The translations under genes were made by a program, and so were the position numbers. A stretch of DNA of 63,933 bases, filler included, from Vicugna vicugna (taxonomy: Eukaryota), in assembly GCA_013265495.1 (NCBI GenBank). It is 79 parts of 75 records of this genome, joined end to end, with 100 filler letters (N's around TTAATTAATTAA, not from the genome) between each part and the next. Parts side by side here need not be neighbours in the genome. Positions count along the whole stretch, not along the records: positions 63,238 to 63,933 come from MU059102.1; 78 more parts are not named here. The stretch is one strand, 5' to 3'. How positions within the stretch are numbered: position 1 is the first letter of the stretch; each line of letters begins with the position of its first letter. This document shows positions 63,238 through 63,933 of this stretch, one piece after another. The notes below the pieces were generated by a model. That model saw nothing but the letters and a program-made list of their open reading frames with translations. It had not been told where the DNA came from and ran no database searches.

Positions 63238-63933
63238 CATTTTTCATGCATCACGAATTCCTCAAACATGCATTTCTGAGTTATAAACATACGCATGACA
63301 GATCTTTCAACCAACAAACAAATTACCTATGCACTCTGAAATATTTACTTTGACTTCGTAGCTTCTTTCTATCACCAGTTTCAAGAATCACATTTTGATC
63401 CCAGAAAAATACTCTTGGAGCGAATTCTACCCTAGAGATATGTAATTTGAATAGATTTCATTTACACGATATTCCGTGTTCATTACATGTTACATACGTG
63501 ACTGATTTGACACACATGCTTTCCTGAGTTGAGGGCATCTGGATTACTAATCTTTCATCCTCTATAAAAGGAATATTTTCATCNNNNNNNNNNNAGACAC
63601 GTGTACACATTTTCACAAGCTTTCACTAACACCAGGTTTGAATTCGTGCATTTTTCACTGAAAAATACTTCAGGAGCGATTTCCACCTAACAGATATGTA
63701 ATTTACATGAATTCCATCAACATGGCATTCCGGGTCCCGTACTTGCTACATGCATGAAGGATTCGGGATACATGTGTTTCTGAGTTGTGAGCATATGGAT
63801 TACTGATCTTTTATTCACGAAACAAGGCATATATACCCTTAGAAATATTTACTCTGACTTCATATGTTTTTTTCCATCACCAGGTTTTAATCAGAGGTTT
63901 AGCACCAGAAAACACTCTTTGAGCGAATTTTCA
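63238..63933 (-). repeat. Satellite family C
   Basis: Reverse complement of the C trimer. Confidence 0.92.

Overview
This is not a contiguous locus and not prokaryotic. It is about 79 short unplaced scaffold fragments (about 0.14-1.9 kb, many with internal N gaps) from a mammalian genome. They are joined by an artificial 100-nt linker (44 N + TTAATTAATTAA + 44 N; the 12-mer has stop codons in all six frames), so adjacency between fragments has no biological meaning. The LINE-1 3' ends look cetartiodactyl and a camelid host is my best guess (inference, unverified). About 44 fragments are satellite DNA in five families: A, a CpG-rich homogeneous 266-267 bp monomer; B, a diverged ~267 bp relative of A arranged as higher-order repeats; C, an AT-rich ~741 bp trimer of ~247 bp subunits; D, a 249 bp monomer that aligns to the C subunit; and E, a 7-bp AGAATAT-type satellite with 126 and 245 bp super-periods. 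The remainder includes decayed LINE-1, L2, MIR, LTR/ERV and hAT fragments, three paralogous copies of one duplicated non-satellite segment, two CpG-island-like pieces and one recognisable ANKRD26-family coding exon. Nearly all ORFs in the supplied track are artefacts of N-runs or satellites. I found no CRISPR array, operon, rRNA or tRNA gene. The most interesting content is the satellite architecture and the relationships between families.
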